From contig NC_045697.1 in the NCBI RefSeq assembly GCF_009834535.1, positions 30,072,001 to 30,136,000 on the forward strand: a DNA stretch of 64,000 bases, in the 5' to 3' direction. The translations under genes and the position numbers were made by a program. The DNA is from Camelus ferus (taxonomy: Eukaryota). The notes under the pieces were generated by a model. It searched no databases. It had not been told where the DNA came from and saw nothing but the letters and a program-made list of their open reading frames with translations. How positions within the stretch are numbered: the stretch's first letter is position 1; every line of letters begins with the position of its first letter. Shown one piece after another: positions 38,516 through 51,415 of this stretch.

Positions 38516-40207
38516 TGCACATTTAAGTAACGAGTCTGGGGCCACACATCAAGTCCAAAGAAGTTACAGGATCAGGATAGAGAGGCCTGGGCCACATCAG
38601 ATGTTCTCCCCCCAAGAGGGTGATACCACTACCATCTCCACAAGATTGTCCGTTTCTAGACTGACCATACCAGCTGCTGAAGCCCTGTGGGGCACCCTGG
38701 TGATGTTCCCCGGTTTCCCTTAAATGTACACACGTGCATATATAGTTCTTAAAGACTGAAAACATTTGTAAAATACATTTAAAAATGACAAATTTCCTTT
38801 TCTCAACTATCTCCCAGCAGTAGAAAGATATCACCAGTTGGTGTTTCAGGAAGGTATGTGCACATTTGAAAAAGACTGATGTCTTTATTTTCATCAAGAA
38901 TGATGACAGACTAGCACAGAGTTTAAGGATGCAAATGCTCGCCGTGAGCTCCTGTGTGGTTGATGCCACCGATCACGGACGGACACGTGGACATCCTTCT
39001 GTTACACACATGCATAAGTTCTGCCAGACTTCCATAATAACCATTATAAAGTGTACAAAGAATAATCGAACTCATCTCTGCTGTATTTTATACTTTTCCA
39101 GGGTTCTCGAAAAGCAATGTAAACTGTGCATTTTGCCCTTTCACAGCACATCATCTGATCATTTCGAGATGCAGCATTTTAACAATATCATACCACTAAG
39201 TATGAGCCACTAAAATCCCAGCCAGCACCAAAGAAGACAAACAGTAGCATAAGCTGACCTGTCTCTATTGACTTTTGTCCACTTGTTCAGGTTGTGTTGT
39301 GTTTTATTGAGATATTTTAGACTTTAGATTTTCTTACTCTCAGTTCTTGTATGAACGAGAGCCGGTCCTCCGTTAGTGCTTGGGAAGCCTCACCCCCTGT
39401 TTTCATGGTTTTCTGTTTATTCTGTCCTGCCATCTGATCTAGAGTCACCTGGCACTGCCAGCGTTCCGCTGAGAGTTCAGAACTCTTGGCGACGTTCCCA
39501 GTTTTTCTCGCAGTCAGGTAAAATGCATACTGAGTAGCTGTATTTCTTTTGTGCAAAAATCCATGTTGCGGGCAACCAATGATATGTGGTACTTTTCTTC
39601 ATTTCTGATTCCAGGTGGGGAACATGCTTATTTCTGGCACACAGTTAGCAAAGACCTAGTTCTTTGTTATCCATACCAGTTACACTAAAACTGGGAAGCA
39701 AATTCACAGAATTTTACTTTGACTTTGAAAATCCAAAGAAATAATAATATTCACCTCTTTCTTTATAGTCCTCTTCTTTGAAAAAAAAAAAAAAAAGATG
39801 AGAAGCATTTACCAGGAACTGGTAACGGCTCTCTTGTTAACTGTGTCACTCTCTCCACTTCCTAGATGATGCCTGGCCTCTCTCTGTGTGATACTTCCCC
39901 AGGCTGGACAGTGAGGGAACTGGTCACTCAAGCCAGAGTGCAAGGCGCACTGAAACCAGCACTTGTAGGAATAGATTTTGCTTCCTAGCCTCTAGTACCT
40001 GGTGCTAACTGATGTACTACACTTTCGGTGATGGGTACAAACCGCTTCAGGGGTCTGCTTTATTTTGATTTTCTAATGCCCTTGGCTTCCCACCCAAAAA
40101 AATTGGTTTGAAACTGACATAGCAACCACATTCTGCTGAGATGATCAAAAAGAAAGACAATTAGAAGCCACTCACATTGTGATCTTTTCCCCTTTCTCTG
40201 TGTACAG

Positions 40208-40248
40208 TGGATTCTCCAAGCAGTGAAAAGTCACCTGTGACTACACCT
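40208..40248 (+). CDS. LIMCH1: LIMCH1 41-nt exon, VDSPSSEKSPVTTP
   Basis: Polypyrimidine tract plus tgtacag acceptor and donor CCT|gtaagt; phase 1 to 0. Confidence 0.92.
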
Positions 40249-40981
40249 GTAAGTAACTCCTTTAAAGAAATAAGATCATGCATTAAGTTTGATTTTAATT
40301 TATAAGGTATTCAATTTGCTGGACCCTCTTAGTCTCAGATTCCATCGCTTGGGTTCCCCCTTTGGTTCATGCATGCATCTTCCATTATTCCTGCTCACTC
40401 TCTTGGCTCCCAAAATCACAGAAACTTTTTTTAAAAGACAAAAAAAAAAAAAAGTCTTTGGCTTTGCATGTTTCTTATGTGGGCCCCCCTGTGAGGGACT
40501 CTGCTTGCCTGGATCTCTGGTGATGCTGGTGGATTGAATAACCTACTTTAGAGAAGGCTGGTGTGGAAAAGCAGTGGCAGTGAAAAAGACTAGTTCTGCA
40601 GGGCAGCAAACAGCACTTTTCACAAAATGCAGTTCTGCTGAAATAAGCATTCCTGTTTGCTTGGACCCAGGATCAATATGCAGAATGAGTATCTCATGCT
40701 GAGGAGGGTGGATACGTTTAAGAAATCACTTCTAAAAGAAATGCAGTGAAAGCCTTCCCGTGCCAGTGGCTAATTACTTCATGATTTCATTAGCTCCAAA
40801 AAGGTTCACAGAATCATACCAGCGTCTTGGAAGTAACTCAAAGAGGGACTAAGATTTTAAAGTGGGTTCTGCCAACAGAGAGCGCCGTTAGCTATGTGGA
40901 GGCTTCTGCTTCTGCATGTCCCTTGCCCTGGCGTGGCGCTGGGGACATGGCCCTATTCTGATCATGGTTTTATCTTCCAAG

Positions 40982-41065
40982 CAGTTTAAGTTCTGGGCGT
41001 GGGACCCGGAAGAGGAGCGCAGGCGACAGGAGAAATGGCAACAGGAGCAGGAACGTTTGCTCCAG
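40982..41065 (+). CDS. LIMCH1: LIMCH1 exon, (Q)[33 protein letters not shown] acceptor, alternative start 40985
   Basis: Acceptor ttccAAG|CAG|ttt and donor CAG|gtagga. WDPEEER motif of the LMO7/LIMCH1 coiled-coil region. Confidence 0.93.
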
Positions 41066-41609
41066 GTAGGACCGGCTTTGCTGCTTTGTTTTTTCTTCTT
41101 TTTCTTTCTTTCTCTTAATTTCTGTTGTATTAAATAGATGTTTGTCGTAGGAAATGCATGGAATCGGCTTCTTCTCGGAAGTCCTGAGTCTAAGTCCATT
41201 CATTTTGTATCCATGAGGCAAGAATGCCCTTTATCTAATTCCTCTGACCAGAGGTTACACTGATGACCAAAAAAGGAAAATAACGTTGCACTTCGAAAAA
41301 AATCCAAGTATTGATTAAGGGCCACCCCACCCATTTGTCACCTCCTTAGCTGCCAATCAAATTCCAGTCCACAAGGGGTGGGAAAGAATCATCAGAAAGC
41401 TATTTGATAGCTTACATGTGAAATAAAATTTGGTCTGGGTCTTGCTCCTTAAGTAGAAACGTTTACTCCCTCTTTGAGCAAAAGCTGCTAATTTTCAATT
41501 CTAGGAAAATGCTGGCTGTAAACTTACCATGCTCCTACTTGTTTTATGCCAGTTTTGTAGAGCAACAGAGCTTCAAAAAGTAACCTAGTAACTTTAGAAA
41601 CCTAACCTG

Positions 41610-41840
41610 TGCTGAGTACTTGGAATGTGCCAGACTGGCATATTTGTAGGTGCTTGACATATTTGATCTAATTTAACTCTCACAAAACTCTTCAAAGTAT
41701 GTCTTATTAGTCTCAGTTTGCAATTGAAGAAATTAAAGCTCAAAAAAGTTAAATAATTTGTGCAAGGTCACATCTCTAATAAATGTTGAGCCTTGTTTCA
41801 AACCCAATCCTGGATGACTCTAAACCGCATGTTCTTCCCA
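41610..41840 (-). mobile_element. MIR SINE
   Basis: atttaactctcacaaaactc...gaagaaattaaagctca...ttgtgcaaggtcaca. Confidence 0.6.
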
Positions 41841-42381
41841 CTCCACTCCCAATGATATTGATTTTACCCAAAAAGTCATAAAGGAAAAGAATGTTAAATC
41901 TCATTAATTTTTGTGACTTTCTGCCACTGCGTAGAAAGCAATGCTTAATGCAAGTTTATTTTGCTTGTTTTTTCTTATCTCTTTGTTCTAATCCTTTGGC
42001 TTAATTCCCAAGGGTGGGGAGCAGGAGTCAACTAGATAATCAATTGTAGTGTGGCTCTAGGTCTGCCCGTTAAGTTGGACACTTTTCAAAATTACATAAG
42101 AGTATACCTTCAGTACAAAATCGTTAGTAAGAACTAGATTCAGCACAGTCCCAGGGCTGTTGGGACTTTTAGGGCCTTGGAGACCCCAGACCAGTCCTGG
42201 TCATCTGCTATTCTCCTGGAAATCAGATGCCCGTTCCTCAGATAAATGGTGAACAACAGGAGTCAGAAGTTCCAGAGTGAAGAAGACGGGCAAGTATGTT
42301 TCCCATGGTGGCTCTCTGTCTGTTACACTCTGAAAGGTGTGGACTGTGGGCTTACAGCAAGTGTTTATGGGGAAGGAAGGG

Positions 42382-42403
42382 TGTGTGTGTGTGTGTGTGT
42401 GTG
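42382..42403. repeat. (TG)n microsatellite
   Basis: Directly visible. Confidence 0.9.
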
Positions 42404-43717
42404 ATAGTAGTATCATATCTTTCACTTCCTGCATCATCAGTTCATCCACTTGGTGCAGGAAGCATGTGATGTGAGTTTCTAGAACCAATAAACCTATGGA
42501 GCTTTGCTTGTTTTTTGGCTTTTTGTGAAGTTTTAAGGTCTATTTCCAACATTCTGAAACCTCCTGAAGAACTTCTCTAAAACTTTACGTCAAGTTTTGA
42601 TAACAACATTGTTGACCAACAGTGGTTTTGCCAGAAGGTAAACAGGAACATTAGGCTCTAGACAATCCCAATAAAACCCTTTTGCGTCTACGATAATGAC
42701 CTAACAAGTGATGCCTGGAGGACACCTCAGTGCCTTCCCCAAGAAGATGGAAGCACAGGCTTGTCTTAGCTTCAGAGGGAGGATTGACAGTTACCAGCCT
42801 AAAATATTTGACTGTGTGTGGTACAGTCCAGTGAGTCCTCTGTCTCTGACGTGTCAGGGATGCAATTCTCAAGGCATCCAGGGGTGTCAGTTCTCATCGG
42901 AAGCGTTCATTTTAATCTCCATGAACGCATTTCTTCTCGTCAGTGTCAGGGACTCCAGTCCCATTTTTAAAGCTATCCTTATCGTTACTATCCTTATCTT
43001 AGAGTATTTTACTTTTTCCCCCCAAAGTGGTGACTAGTGTTGTATTGTTTCTGAAAACTGATAGCAGTTCTGATTTTGAAGCCTTCTAACAGGCTGTTTA
43101 AAAGCTACTCTTAATTCAGAAGGACATAAAGCTAGGAAGAGTCCATTTTAGGAGAATGGCTGCAAGCAAAGAGTAATTCAGCTACTACTAAGCTAATTAT
43201 CATCTTGTCCACTTTGAACCTTTCTCCATTGTCTATCTTATAAACCTATGAAAGGTTTTTGTTTGTTTGTTTTTTTAATCTTTTAATAAACTCCCCCAGC
43301 AGCAACGTATTTCTCTTAGTGGGATGGCAAAACTCATCTCTGAACAGCCCAGTAAAAGCAAACTCTTGGTTTAACCTACCTCTTAGGACAAAACCAATTT
43401 AAGAAAGATTTTAGAATCTCTCTGCTTTTTCATCTTTTCTCTTTCCATAAGCGGCTGTCTGACCATAGAAAAACAATCCTGTGAAACACTCTCAGCAGAA
43501 AATCTTGTTCTCTGTTGGATTTTTATGTCCCTAATATGTTTGAGGACCACAAATGGTCTTCCCCTTCTGTTGCGTGAATGGGTTAGATTCAGAACGTTAC
43601 AACAAGAAGACAGTGGATAGTCTTGTGACACATTATACATGATGGCTCAGCGGGGGAAGTGTCCCGATGATGCATGCAGTGGTCAGCTCAGAATAATCTA
43701 TGGAAATTCCTCAACAG

Positions 43718-43810
43718 GAGAGATACCAGAAGGAGCAGGACAAGCTGAAAGAAGAATGGGAAAAGGCCCAAAAGGAGGTGGAAGAGGAAGAACGCCGATA
43801 CTATGAGGAG
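43718..43810 (+). CDS. LIMCH1: LIMCH1 exon, [31 protein letters not shown]
   Basis: Acceptor ctcaacag and donor GAG|gtagga; 93 nt. Confidence 0.95.
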
Positions 43811-44660
43811 GTAGGAAATTCCCCAGGAGGAGTTTGACCGTGAAGCCCCACTTCCTCAAAGTCCATCAGCACTTCCCGTGGGATGTGCGTGCATGTGGCG
43901 ATGTCACAGCAGAACACCATCAACCTTTTAAAAGGGTCTTATCCTATAGGCTCTAAAAGATCACTATTCTCCCAAATTTAGTCTGTGGTTAGGGCATCGA
44001 GTCACTGTCAAAGGAGACAATATAACCATATCTGTTCTCTAGTCACAGAGTCAGATTCTTGATTTATCTTGGAGAGATGACATCAAAGTATTTTGATTTA
44101 ATTACTCGTGTGTTTGTTTGAGGCAAACATGTTTAGTAGTAGTGGCTTAATATTAATTTTACAAGGCTAATTTTGATAATCGAGGCTAAATGAACTCTTA
44201 CTACCGCATTCACCACATGGTACTAAAGAGATTCGGAGGGGAGGAGGATTTGGTTTTGTTTCATTTTTTTTAGAAATTCAAGAATTTGAAGGGAGCTACA
44301 CTTTATGTATATTATCTAAAGTTTGTTTAAGATTAATACTGTTGTGAATTTTATCTTCAGTAATACTTTTTGTGCATAATCTGATCCCCAATAGCATTTC
44401 TAATTAGGCTTCTTGAATCACACAAAGTAATTAATTGGCAAAATTTTTATTTTCCTAAATTAAATGCTAATTTCTAAATCACTGCCCGTAGAGAGCATTA
44501 TGTGATTACATGCTTTTAGAAAATAAGAACTTTTTTTAAGTGCCCTGCTTATTTGCACATAATTCCAATGTTCTCCTAAAGTTCCTTAATGAAATTTTTC
44601 TCTTGATAAATATGATTTTTTCACTTTCCCTCTTTCATTAATTCCTATCCTTCCCCTTAG

Positions 44661-44765
44661 GAGCGAAAAATAATTGAGGACACTGTGGTTCCATTTACTA
44701 TTTCTTCAAGTTCTGCAGACCAGCTGTCTACATCCTCCTCTGTGACTGAAGGCAGTGGGATAGGG
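44661..44765 (+). CDS. LIMCH1: LIMCH1 exon, [35 protein letters not shown]
   Basis: Acceptor ccccttag and donor GGG|gtgaga; 105 nt. Confidence 0.93.
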
Positions 44766-46177
44766 GTGAGACCATAGATTAAAAGCAATTTGTGAAATAA
44801 ATAGTCCAACATAGAAGCACAAAACCACAAGGCCAAATTTTCCACCAGCTTAAATCCAGGACTGGCTATTTCTCTAGAATCATGTCAGCTACTACATGGC
44901 CATTGCACCCCATGGTACTGTCATTGCCACAGCCAAACCCTTAAGTCAGTTCCTGAGAAGCAGTAAAGACGTTGCGGAGGCCAGATCTGCCCCCCCCCCA
45001 GGCTGGTAACCAAAGTCTCTGTGCTGGCTGGCAAACCCTGGTTAGTGACACCGTGTGCTGGAATGTCCTCCTCACGGCCTAGCATTCATTCAGTCAACAG
45101 ACATGTCTTTCTCTCTTTGCACTGGATGCTAGCAGCAGGATGCCAATAGTATGCTCTCCACCAGCCTCCATGAAAGTTGCTTCTAAATCACTCTTAAAAT
45201 TCTATGTGAAATATATATGTATGTGTCTTTAAGGGCTGGAGAGGGTCCAGAAAATCTGATCTGCCTCCGTGTCCCCCAGGGAAGGTCATGGAGGTAGGTG
45301 GGCAGAAGTCATACCAAGACCTGGGTCGTTCATAATCTGCGTTTTATTTTTTGATGGTACAAAAACAGAATAAATTCATTTGTAATAAACATATGTATAA
45401 TATCACTTGTGTATGTCATATTTCTTATTTATATAGTCAATTAGGGTATGCTGTAATACACTACAATTTTTTTAATTATCTACTTTTAACTTAATGCAAA
45501 TTAAGATTGCACAAAAGCAATCAACTAAATTCGGTATTACCTAGTTACTCAGAAAATCCAGATTATTGCTTATATTTGCTCTTGTATACACAGATTATCA
45601 CAAAGTCAAACCTTTCATATCTCTTTCATGTATTATAATGATATTTAAAATATTTAAAATATGAAACATTTCCTAGATTTTAAAATAAGTTGTTTATATA
45701 TTATAATCAAAGGAATTCTACACTGTCCAACAGCTTTTCAGTATCCACCAGCCACTTTTAAAAGCCAAAATTTGAAGTGTATTTTTTATTTAAAGTTTAA
45801 ATTAAAGGTTTTTTAAGCATTATTTTTATACAATTTTTAAAGGTTACACTCCATAGTCTGTATTTTAAAAGAACTGCCTGGGCACTAGAAAGCCACTTGT
45901 CCCGAAATGAACAAGTTCGAAACAATATGACTTTGTTTTATTTTGAAAGATGGGCTTTCTAGCCAATTCCCTTTTATGGTAACTTTTGAGAGAGACCCAG
46001 GTGACATGTTCATTTCAAATTGTTGGAAATCAGTTGCTATTCAATTAATTTGGATGACTGTCTTTAAATTGTAGGCAACATGATTGAAAAACTGCTTCAA
46101 ATATCCCATGGCCAGATACATGTATTGTCAGTGTGTTTAAAAATTATATTCAAGATTATCTTTGTTTTCCGCATTAG

Positions 46178-46305
46178 AATAAGGTGGACTTGGAAAACTG
46201 TCGAGAAGAAGAGCAAGAGATAAGACAGAAGAAACCATTCCAGGGGGACAACAGTGACTCATTGCTAAAGACTCAGGAAGGTGCCCCACTGGAGGAAAAG
46301 GGCAG
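46178..46305 (+). CDS. LIMCH1: LIMCH1 exon, [42 protein letters not shown](S)
   Basis: Acceptor cgcattag and donor AG|gtatga; 128 nt. Confidence 0.9.
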
Positions 46306-46895
46306 GTATGAGCCAGACCAGGCTGACCGTCCACCTGCACAAAACCAGGCTCTACCTCTTCACCCCAGGAAGGATGCCCATCACTAATGCAAATCATATT
46401 CGGCTTTGAAATGATCATTTCAATAATACGTTATGCATATATTATTGCTTGAACACATTCTAACAGCTCTGAAGTCAGTGTCCTTATGCTACTGAATATA
46501 AATAGCCTTATATTTAAATAGCTGAAACCTTTTTTTAAATAAGGAGAGGCAGTATAGATCATCAAAGGAGTATACTGTCTATTCAGAGTCCCAAACCTAA
46601 ATATTGCTCACTGGAAATGGTTAATGTGTCTGAAGGGTTAATGTGTCTGGAGATTAAGATGAGGCCGTGGTGTCCCACTTAAGTTTGTTAAATTGATAGA
46701 TAATGAAAATGAGTAGCATTTTACAGTATTTTAAATCCAAGTTAAATCTAATTTAAAATAAAAATAAATATTTAGTTAGCCCCATTTCTTTTTTCATATT
46801 GTAATAGGTACTTCCATGTCCTGAGGGATAAGATCAGTAAGTTTAGTTCAGTTGCTTTTATCCCTGTTCTGAAATATATTTATTTATTTCAACAG

Positions 46896-47017
46896 CCTAA
46901 CTCAAGGAGTCTTGACTCATTCTGAGAACCCTGTTTCAAAAGGAACCCATCAGGACCATCCACTGGATACGGACACTGGGTCCCCACCCTGTGGGATGAA
47001 CCCACAGCTAGCTCAGG
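46896..47017 (+). CDS. LIMCH1: LIMCH1 exon, LTQGVLTHSENPVSKGTHQDHPLDTDTGSPPCGMNPQLAQ
   Basis: Acceptor ttcaacag and donor G|gtgaga; 122 nt, phase 2 to 1. Confidence 0.9.
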
Positions 47018-47269
47018 GTGAGAATGGAGAAGACCAGCCAACCCCCACCCCCACATCGTCCAGACAGATATGGCCTCTCAGGCTGCAGGCTTCTCTTCCA
47101 GCTTGTGCTAAACAGCACAGTGAACAAAATTCCACCACCATGTGTCCAGAGGCTCCATGAAATCACTGTGGGACCTCAGGAGGCATTAGCACTTAAAAGC
47201 GAGGTGATTACTAAGCACTAGGTGATGCCTTTACTGAGCACTAAGTGTATGCTCTTTACTTGGCCTTAG

Positions 47270-47393
47270 ATCCATCCCAGAATCAGCAGGTATCAAACCC
47301 ACCAACGCACATTTTAGAAGATGTGAAGCCCAAAACCCTCTCGTTGGATAAGACCATTAACCATCAGATTGAGTCTCCAAGTGAAAGACGAAA
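47270..47393 (+). CDS. LIMCH1: LIMCH1 exon, [41 protein letters not shown](K)
   Basis: Acceptor ggccttag and donor AA|gtgagt; 124 nt. Confidence 0.92.
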
Positions 47394-47859
47394 GTGAGTA
47401 ACCAAATAAGATGGATGTGGAATTTCTTTTTTCTTTTAATTGACTAAGGGGGAAAAATGAAAAAGTGTGAGCTGGCAAGATGTTAGCATTTCTGTGCTTG
47501 TCACTCCATTGCCTGTCATTGACAAGGGAATAAATATTTGTGGAAGTTTGGGACAATCTTCCTGGCAAGTAAATATTTACTCTGAATTTAGCAACTGAAA
47601 AGAGGCGAAGAAAGATTTTTAACCCACAAATCTAAGCACTGGAAAGATTTTGCAGGTCTGCTGCATGAGCAACTTATTTAAGTGAGTTAAATTGTCTCAG
47701 AGCCTATTGATAAATGTTCTTTCAAGGAAAAAAAATGTGTTCACCTCATTACCATTTTTTCCCCTTAAGTAACTTACCCCAGGTTCCATTCTAATTTTGT
47801 AAGAATTGTATTTTTTCACAATAGTAGTAATTCCCATCATTTTCAAAGTATACCGATAT

Positions 47860-48050
47860 TAATAGGCACTACGTTGAAAAGTTTACATATATTTCTCTCC
47901 TCTTCTTTTTATATATTAACTCACTGAACTCTCCCAATAACTTTATTGGGTTATTATTCCCATTTTACAGATGAGGACATTGAGTCTCAAGGAAATTAAA
48001 TGACTTAGCCAAAGTACTTGACTGGTTAAGTGGTAGAGGGAGTCAGAGTG
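47860..48050 (-). mobile_element. MIR SINE
   Basis: ttattattcccattttacagatgaggacattgag. Confidence 0.7.
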
Positions 48051-48144
48051 AGCCCACAGTTCCACAGTAAAATCATATTTCAGCCAGAGGGCCCTTGTAA
48101 TCAGTTTTTAAAATATAACGTTCATTATACTTTATCCAATCATG

Positions 48145-48305
48145 CTACCTGGAGCCAGACCACCAGGATTCAAATTTGGATTCTGCCACTTGCCTGCATA
48201 GAACTTTGAGCAAGATACTTTATCTTTCTCTGCCTCAGTTTCCTCATGTATAAAATGAGAACACTGGCAGTACCCACCTCGTAGGGTTTTGTGCCTGGCA
48301 GGTAT
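48145..48305 (+). mobile_element. MIR SINE
   Basis: tctgccactt...tctctgcctcagtttcctcatgtataaaatgag...gtacccacctcgtagggtt. Confidence 0.75.
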
Positions 48306-49374
48306 TAAATACTACACAGTGTAGGTGGTGGTGTTGATAAACTCAGTGATGGTGATGGTGATGATGATGATAACTTGCTTTATAACTTAATCTTTTTATC
48401 TTACTTTTCTTGTTACATGTTTTTCTCAATACAGTTTTGAACCATTTCCCCCTTTTCCTCTGTCTATCCAATTTCATTTCTATGTGTCTAGATGACACGC
48501 AGAATTAATAAAAGGTAAAATCACGTAGAAGGAATCATCACTGTCATTGATTATCATGGTGGTTTTTAACCTCTGTTGAGGCGGTGGTCCTTACACTTCA
48601 GGACATCCCTGGGAAGCTATGTTTGGAGAAGAAAAGCTCTGTCTGAGGGTGGCTGGGGAGGGGAGGGGCTCGGGGAGTTATTCTGAAAGCAGTTACAGGA
48701 CAGATGGCCTCATGCTCTGTTCACAATGATGTGGCATTTCTCTTTTCCTCATTCTTTTCTGTGTTCTATCCCTTTCTTTACAACTGAAATTAACTTTTCA
48801 AAGCAAGAGCCCAGAACTGACAGCTTAATCATAGGCAGGGCTCATGTGTAAACCATTTTAGGAGCTCCTGGCTGGGGACCATTCTGCTTTGTAGACGCCT
48901 ATAACGCAGCAGTTATTAAATGTTTTGAACATCACCCCTGATCACGTGTACCCGTGATTAATTTCTGAGCAGGGGAGGAGGCCACCCCACTAAAAAACAC
49001 CCCCTTAAGCACTTCCCTTTATTTCTGGGCTCTCTTTAAGAGATTTTCCCTACATCCCTACTCATCTCTCCCCTCCCACCCAGTCCATAATTTTTATATC
49101 TGACTCCACGTGCAATTTTAACTAGCAAAGAACCTGGCAGAAATAAAAAGTAGGAAACTATTCTGTTTTTTCTGTTCAATAATGCCAGGCTGGTTTTGAC
49201 ATTAGTCTGTATAACCTTTGCTAGATGGAATTAACTTTTGTGTGTCCTTTGTGTGTCCTTTATTTGGTTGTCATGGAGGTGATTCCTTTTTTTGTCTTAT
49301 CTGAAATGTCTTTTCTTGTGGCATTGGGCTTCTCTTTCCTTGTCATGATGTTTGGCTCCTCTACCGTGTTGCAG

Positions 49375-49452
49375 GAAAAGCCCTCGCGAGAATTTCCAGG
49401 CTGGGCACTTGTCCCCCTGCTCACCTACCCCTCCTGGCCAGTCACCAAACAG
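49375..49452 (+). CDS. LIMCH1: LIMCH1 78-nt symmetric cassette exon, [25 protein letters not shown](R)
   Basis: Acceptor tgttgcag and donor AG|gtacaa; phase 2-2. Matches the recalled human [26 protein letters not shown]. Confidence 0.88.
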
Positions 49453-49572
49453 GTACAAGGGGTCAGCAAGACTTTCTGAGGCTGCTTTGTTTTGACTAGA
49501 GCCTGCCGAGCACAGTCACAGCCGAATTAGTTCCTGCTGGGTGATCGTGAGGGATTTGTCCACCTGTGTCTC

Positions 49573-49574
<2 letters not shown>

Positions 49575-49614
<40 letters not shown>
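49575..49614. repeat. (CA)n microsatellite, about 20 units
   Basis: Directly visible. Confidence 0.9.
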
Positions 49615-49616
<2 letters not shown>

Positions 49617-50554
49617 AGGAAAGAATACATCCCCATCCGCCTGAAGATTGTATCAGCCCACGATCGGAAGAGCCAAGTGTGTAACGCTGGCACGGCTGTG
49701 GCCATCGGCTTTAATTACATTGTGTGGAACCTGCAATCTAATAATGAAATCCGCCAGACAAGTGCTGGGCTCCTCTGTCGGCGCCTTTCCTCCAAGACGG
49801 CTCGGTCCTTCTAGGCAGGATCCGCTGATGGCTCTTACAGTGAAGTGGGCGGGGGCTGAGGAACGAAACTTCGCCCCCTCTCTCACTCTACTCAAGCTCT
49901 CTAATGATTGCTTCTGGATGTTAATTGGGCCCCATGATAGTCTTAAAAGCTGCCTAAGCTCCCAGTCACTGGAGAGAGAAATTACTGAGTACTCAGGTTT
50001 TCTTCGATTTAGAAATTTCCTTTCACTACTGGGTCAGAGGGAAATCCTAATACAGAGGGTTTGCTAAGGGCACCTCCTCCTGTTTCCTCCTGTCTTCCTT
50101 CCTGTTTCTTCTGTCTGTTTCCTGTTAGCTTCTGAATGATACTGCGTATTTTAAAATTTCTTGTGTAATTCCAGGAGTTTCCCAGGCAGTCAGCATCACT
50201 GCAGTGCGATCTCAGTTGTGGGGCAGCTGCCCCAGAGGACACACCGAGTCACAGAACTCGGTATCAGAGCAGGGATTTGATCCCATACCTGCCTGGTACC
50301 TGGTGGGCTGAATCACAGTTCCCTCTTTATTTTTAAAGAACAGCAAAGTATTTTTTAATAAGTGAAGAGAAAGGCCTTAGTGGGCTGGGCCATTGAACCA
50401 ATGATGGGAAGAGTTAAGGCAACACTGAAACCTTAGTAGAGCTAAACTTGATTGTCTTTTAGGACTTCAGAAAACTTACGATAATACATTGGATCATTTC
50501 AAGGCATTTGATCGTTGTGGTTAATGGACTCCAACACAAACTTTTTATAATAAC

Positions 50555-50557
<3 letters not shown>

Positions 50558-50587
<30 letters not shown>
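50558..50587. repeat. (CA)n microsatellite
   Basis: Directly visible. Confidence 0.9.
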
Positions 50588-50589
<2 letters not shown>

Positions 50590-50816
50590 TCCATGCCACA
50601 GTGGAGGCCTGTTGTATGTAATCTATCAATTGTCTGCATCTTCTATCTAATGCTTAATTCTTGTTCATTATCAGTTCAGTAATTGTCATTTCATTAATGA
50701 TGTCAATGTTTTAAAAACCCATGTTTTCATTTTTTTTTTCATGAGGCAGCATATTTTGTGTTTGACCAAGGATTCTAAACAGAAGCCTTCGCTGTTCCCT
50801 GTGTTTTGCACCCTAG

Positions 50817-50925
50817 GTCTATCAGTGGCAAGAAGCTGTGCTCCTCGTGTGGGCTTCCGCTGGGTAAGGGGGCTGCAATGATCATCGAGACCCTCAGTCT
50901 CTACTTCCACATCCAGTGCTTTAGG
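50817..50925 (+). CDS. LIMCH1: LIMCH1 exon, LIM domain first half, [36 protein letters not shown]
   Basis: Acceptor caccctag and donor AGG|gtacgt; C-x2-C-x19-H-x2-C zinc ligands. Confidence 0.96.
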
Positions 50926-51301
50926 GTACGTGTTCATCACTCTTCTCCCTACGCCCAACGTCGTGATGTGTTTGGCCTCATTCTGGGCTGAGTGATACCT
51001 TCTGGACGTCCTGGCGGCTTTGCCGGGGAGGTGCCCCCACGGTAGGCTGTGCACAGAAGTGTGCGTGGAGTCATCCTTCCGGGTGAAACTCTCCGATCAC
51101 GCATCCCCTCCGGGATGTCGGGTTAGAGGAAGCAAAACAGATTTGTGCAACGTGTCTTATAAAACAGTTAATTCATAGAATGAGTATCACTCCCTCTGAG
51201 AGGCTGCCCTGCTCACCCCACTGAGTCCAGCCGCCTTTGTTACAGGTCCTTACAGCGGTCCTTATCACTCACTCCTGAACTAATTATCCTCTCCTGTAAT
51301 G

Positions 51302-51415
51302 AACTGTTACCTCCATAAGGGCAGGGACTGCGTCCGTCTGGCTCACCACTGTTTCCTCTGGGCCTAGCAGAGATGGTACCAATTAGTGTTTTTAGATGAC
51401 TGAGTTAATGAATAA
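51302..51415 (+). mobile_element. L2 3' end
   Basis: ctccataagggcagggactgcgtc...ctcaccactgtttcctctgggcctagca. Confidence 0.6.

Noticed and set aside
43715..43720. Further NAGNAG acceptors (CAG GAG here, TAG GAG at 44658-44663)
   Set aside because: A distal GAG is rarely used against a proximal CAG or TAG.
47860..48305. Inverted MIR pair as a dsRNA structure
   Set aside because: The copies are old and too diverged by eye to form a long stable duplex.
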